A stretch of DNA of 64,000 bases from the NCBI GenBank assembly GCA_964106645.2, contig OZ067043.1; one strand, 5' to 3'. This DNA comes from Podarcis pityusensis (Eukaryota). The notes under the pieces were generated by a model. The model saw only the letters and a program-made list of their open reading frames with translations. It was not told the DNA's origin and did no database searches. Below are positions 63,524-64,000 of this stretch, piece after piece. Numbering within the stretch: position 1 is the first letter of the stretch; each line of letters starts with the position of its first letter. Position numbers and translations under genes: made by a program.

Positions 63524-64000
63524 GTAAGCCTGGCATATGTATTCAAACCCATCTTTGTAGAATCCTGAACATGGTCTTGCATAAGTGTGCTTTTGCAGAC
63601 CTGGATCTTTCCTCAAACCAAGGTCAATCGGACTAGGAAACGTAAATGGTGTGTACACCTGTGAAAGCCGTAGTATGTGCACACATGAGCACAGATGCTC
63701 AGATGGCAGCTTCATTACTAGGAGTTCTGAGAGGGTGCGGGGGACCAGCAATGGCATGCACACTCTGTAAAGATCTCTGCCTCTGACGTGAACAACACTG
63801 TGCAAATGCAGCTTGCAGTGCAGTAAGAAAAAATCACCTTGTTGTGTTTTAAGCTGCATATGTGAACATATCCTTTTTTGCAGCATAGGTGGAACTCAGA
63901 AAGGTGTCATGCACACCTGCGTCCCACTCATTGTGTTGTCTGGAAGAGATTTCAGGGAGATTTTGCTTTTTGGCTATTCTTAAAGCCTATTCTAGACTTG

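Overview
This is vertebrate genomic DNA from a squamate reptile; Sauria/Squam-type SINEs point to a lizard, probably a lacertid. I reconstructed five protein-coding genes by reading the splice sites. (1) A 3-exon TMEM205-like gene (+, 2982-4702). (2) A complete 10-exon TTC4 (-, 6831-14710, 385 aa). (3) A maestro heat-like repeat gene, MROH7-like by synteny (-, at least 19 in-frame exons over 15683-36454, 5' end unresolved). (4) PARS2 with a single coding exon (-, 45310-46740). (5) The first 10 exons of an oxidosqualene cyclase / lanosterol synthase-like gene (+, from 51255, running off the window). The main finding is the cyclase. It keeps an open frame, LSS-colinear exons and the QW scaffold motifs, but is only about 55% identical to human LSS (hand alignment against the sequence as recalled). 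It also sits at a non-LSS locus, on the side of PARS2 where mammals carry DHCR24, behind a CpG-poor TATA/CCAAT promoter. Its substitutions cluster at active-site and substrate-channel residues (human numbering Y98C, W192L, C233A, Y237T, I335S/G336S/I338T). It is a candidate neofunctionalised animal triterpene cyclase. The rest of the window is introns and intergenic DNA rich in SINEs, Tc1/mariner- and hAT-type MITEs, L2 and CR1 fragments and microsatellites. All comparisons to human sequences are from memory and need confirming by alignment.
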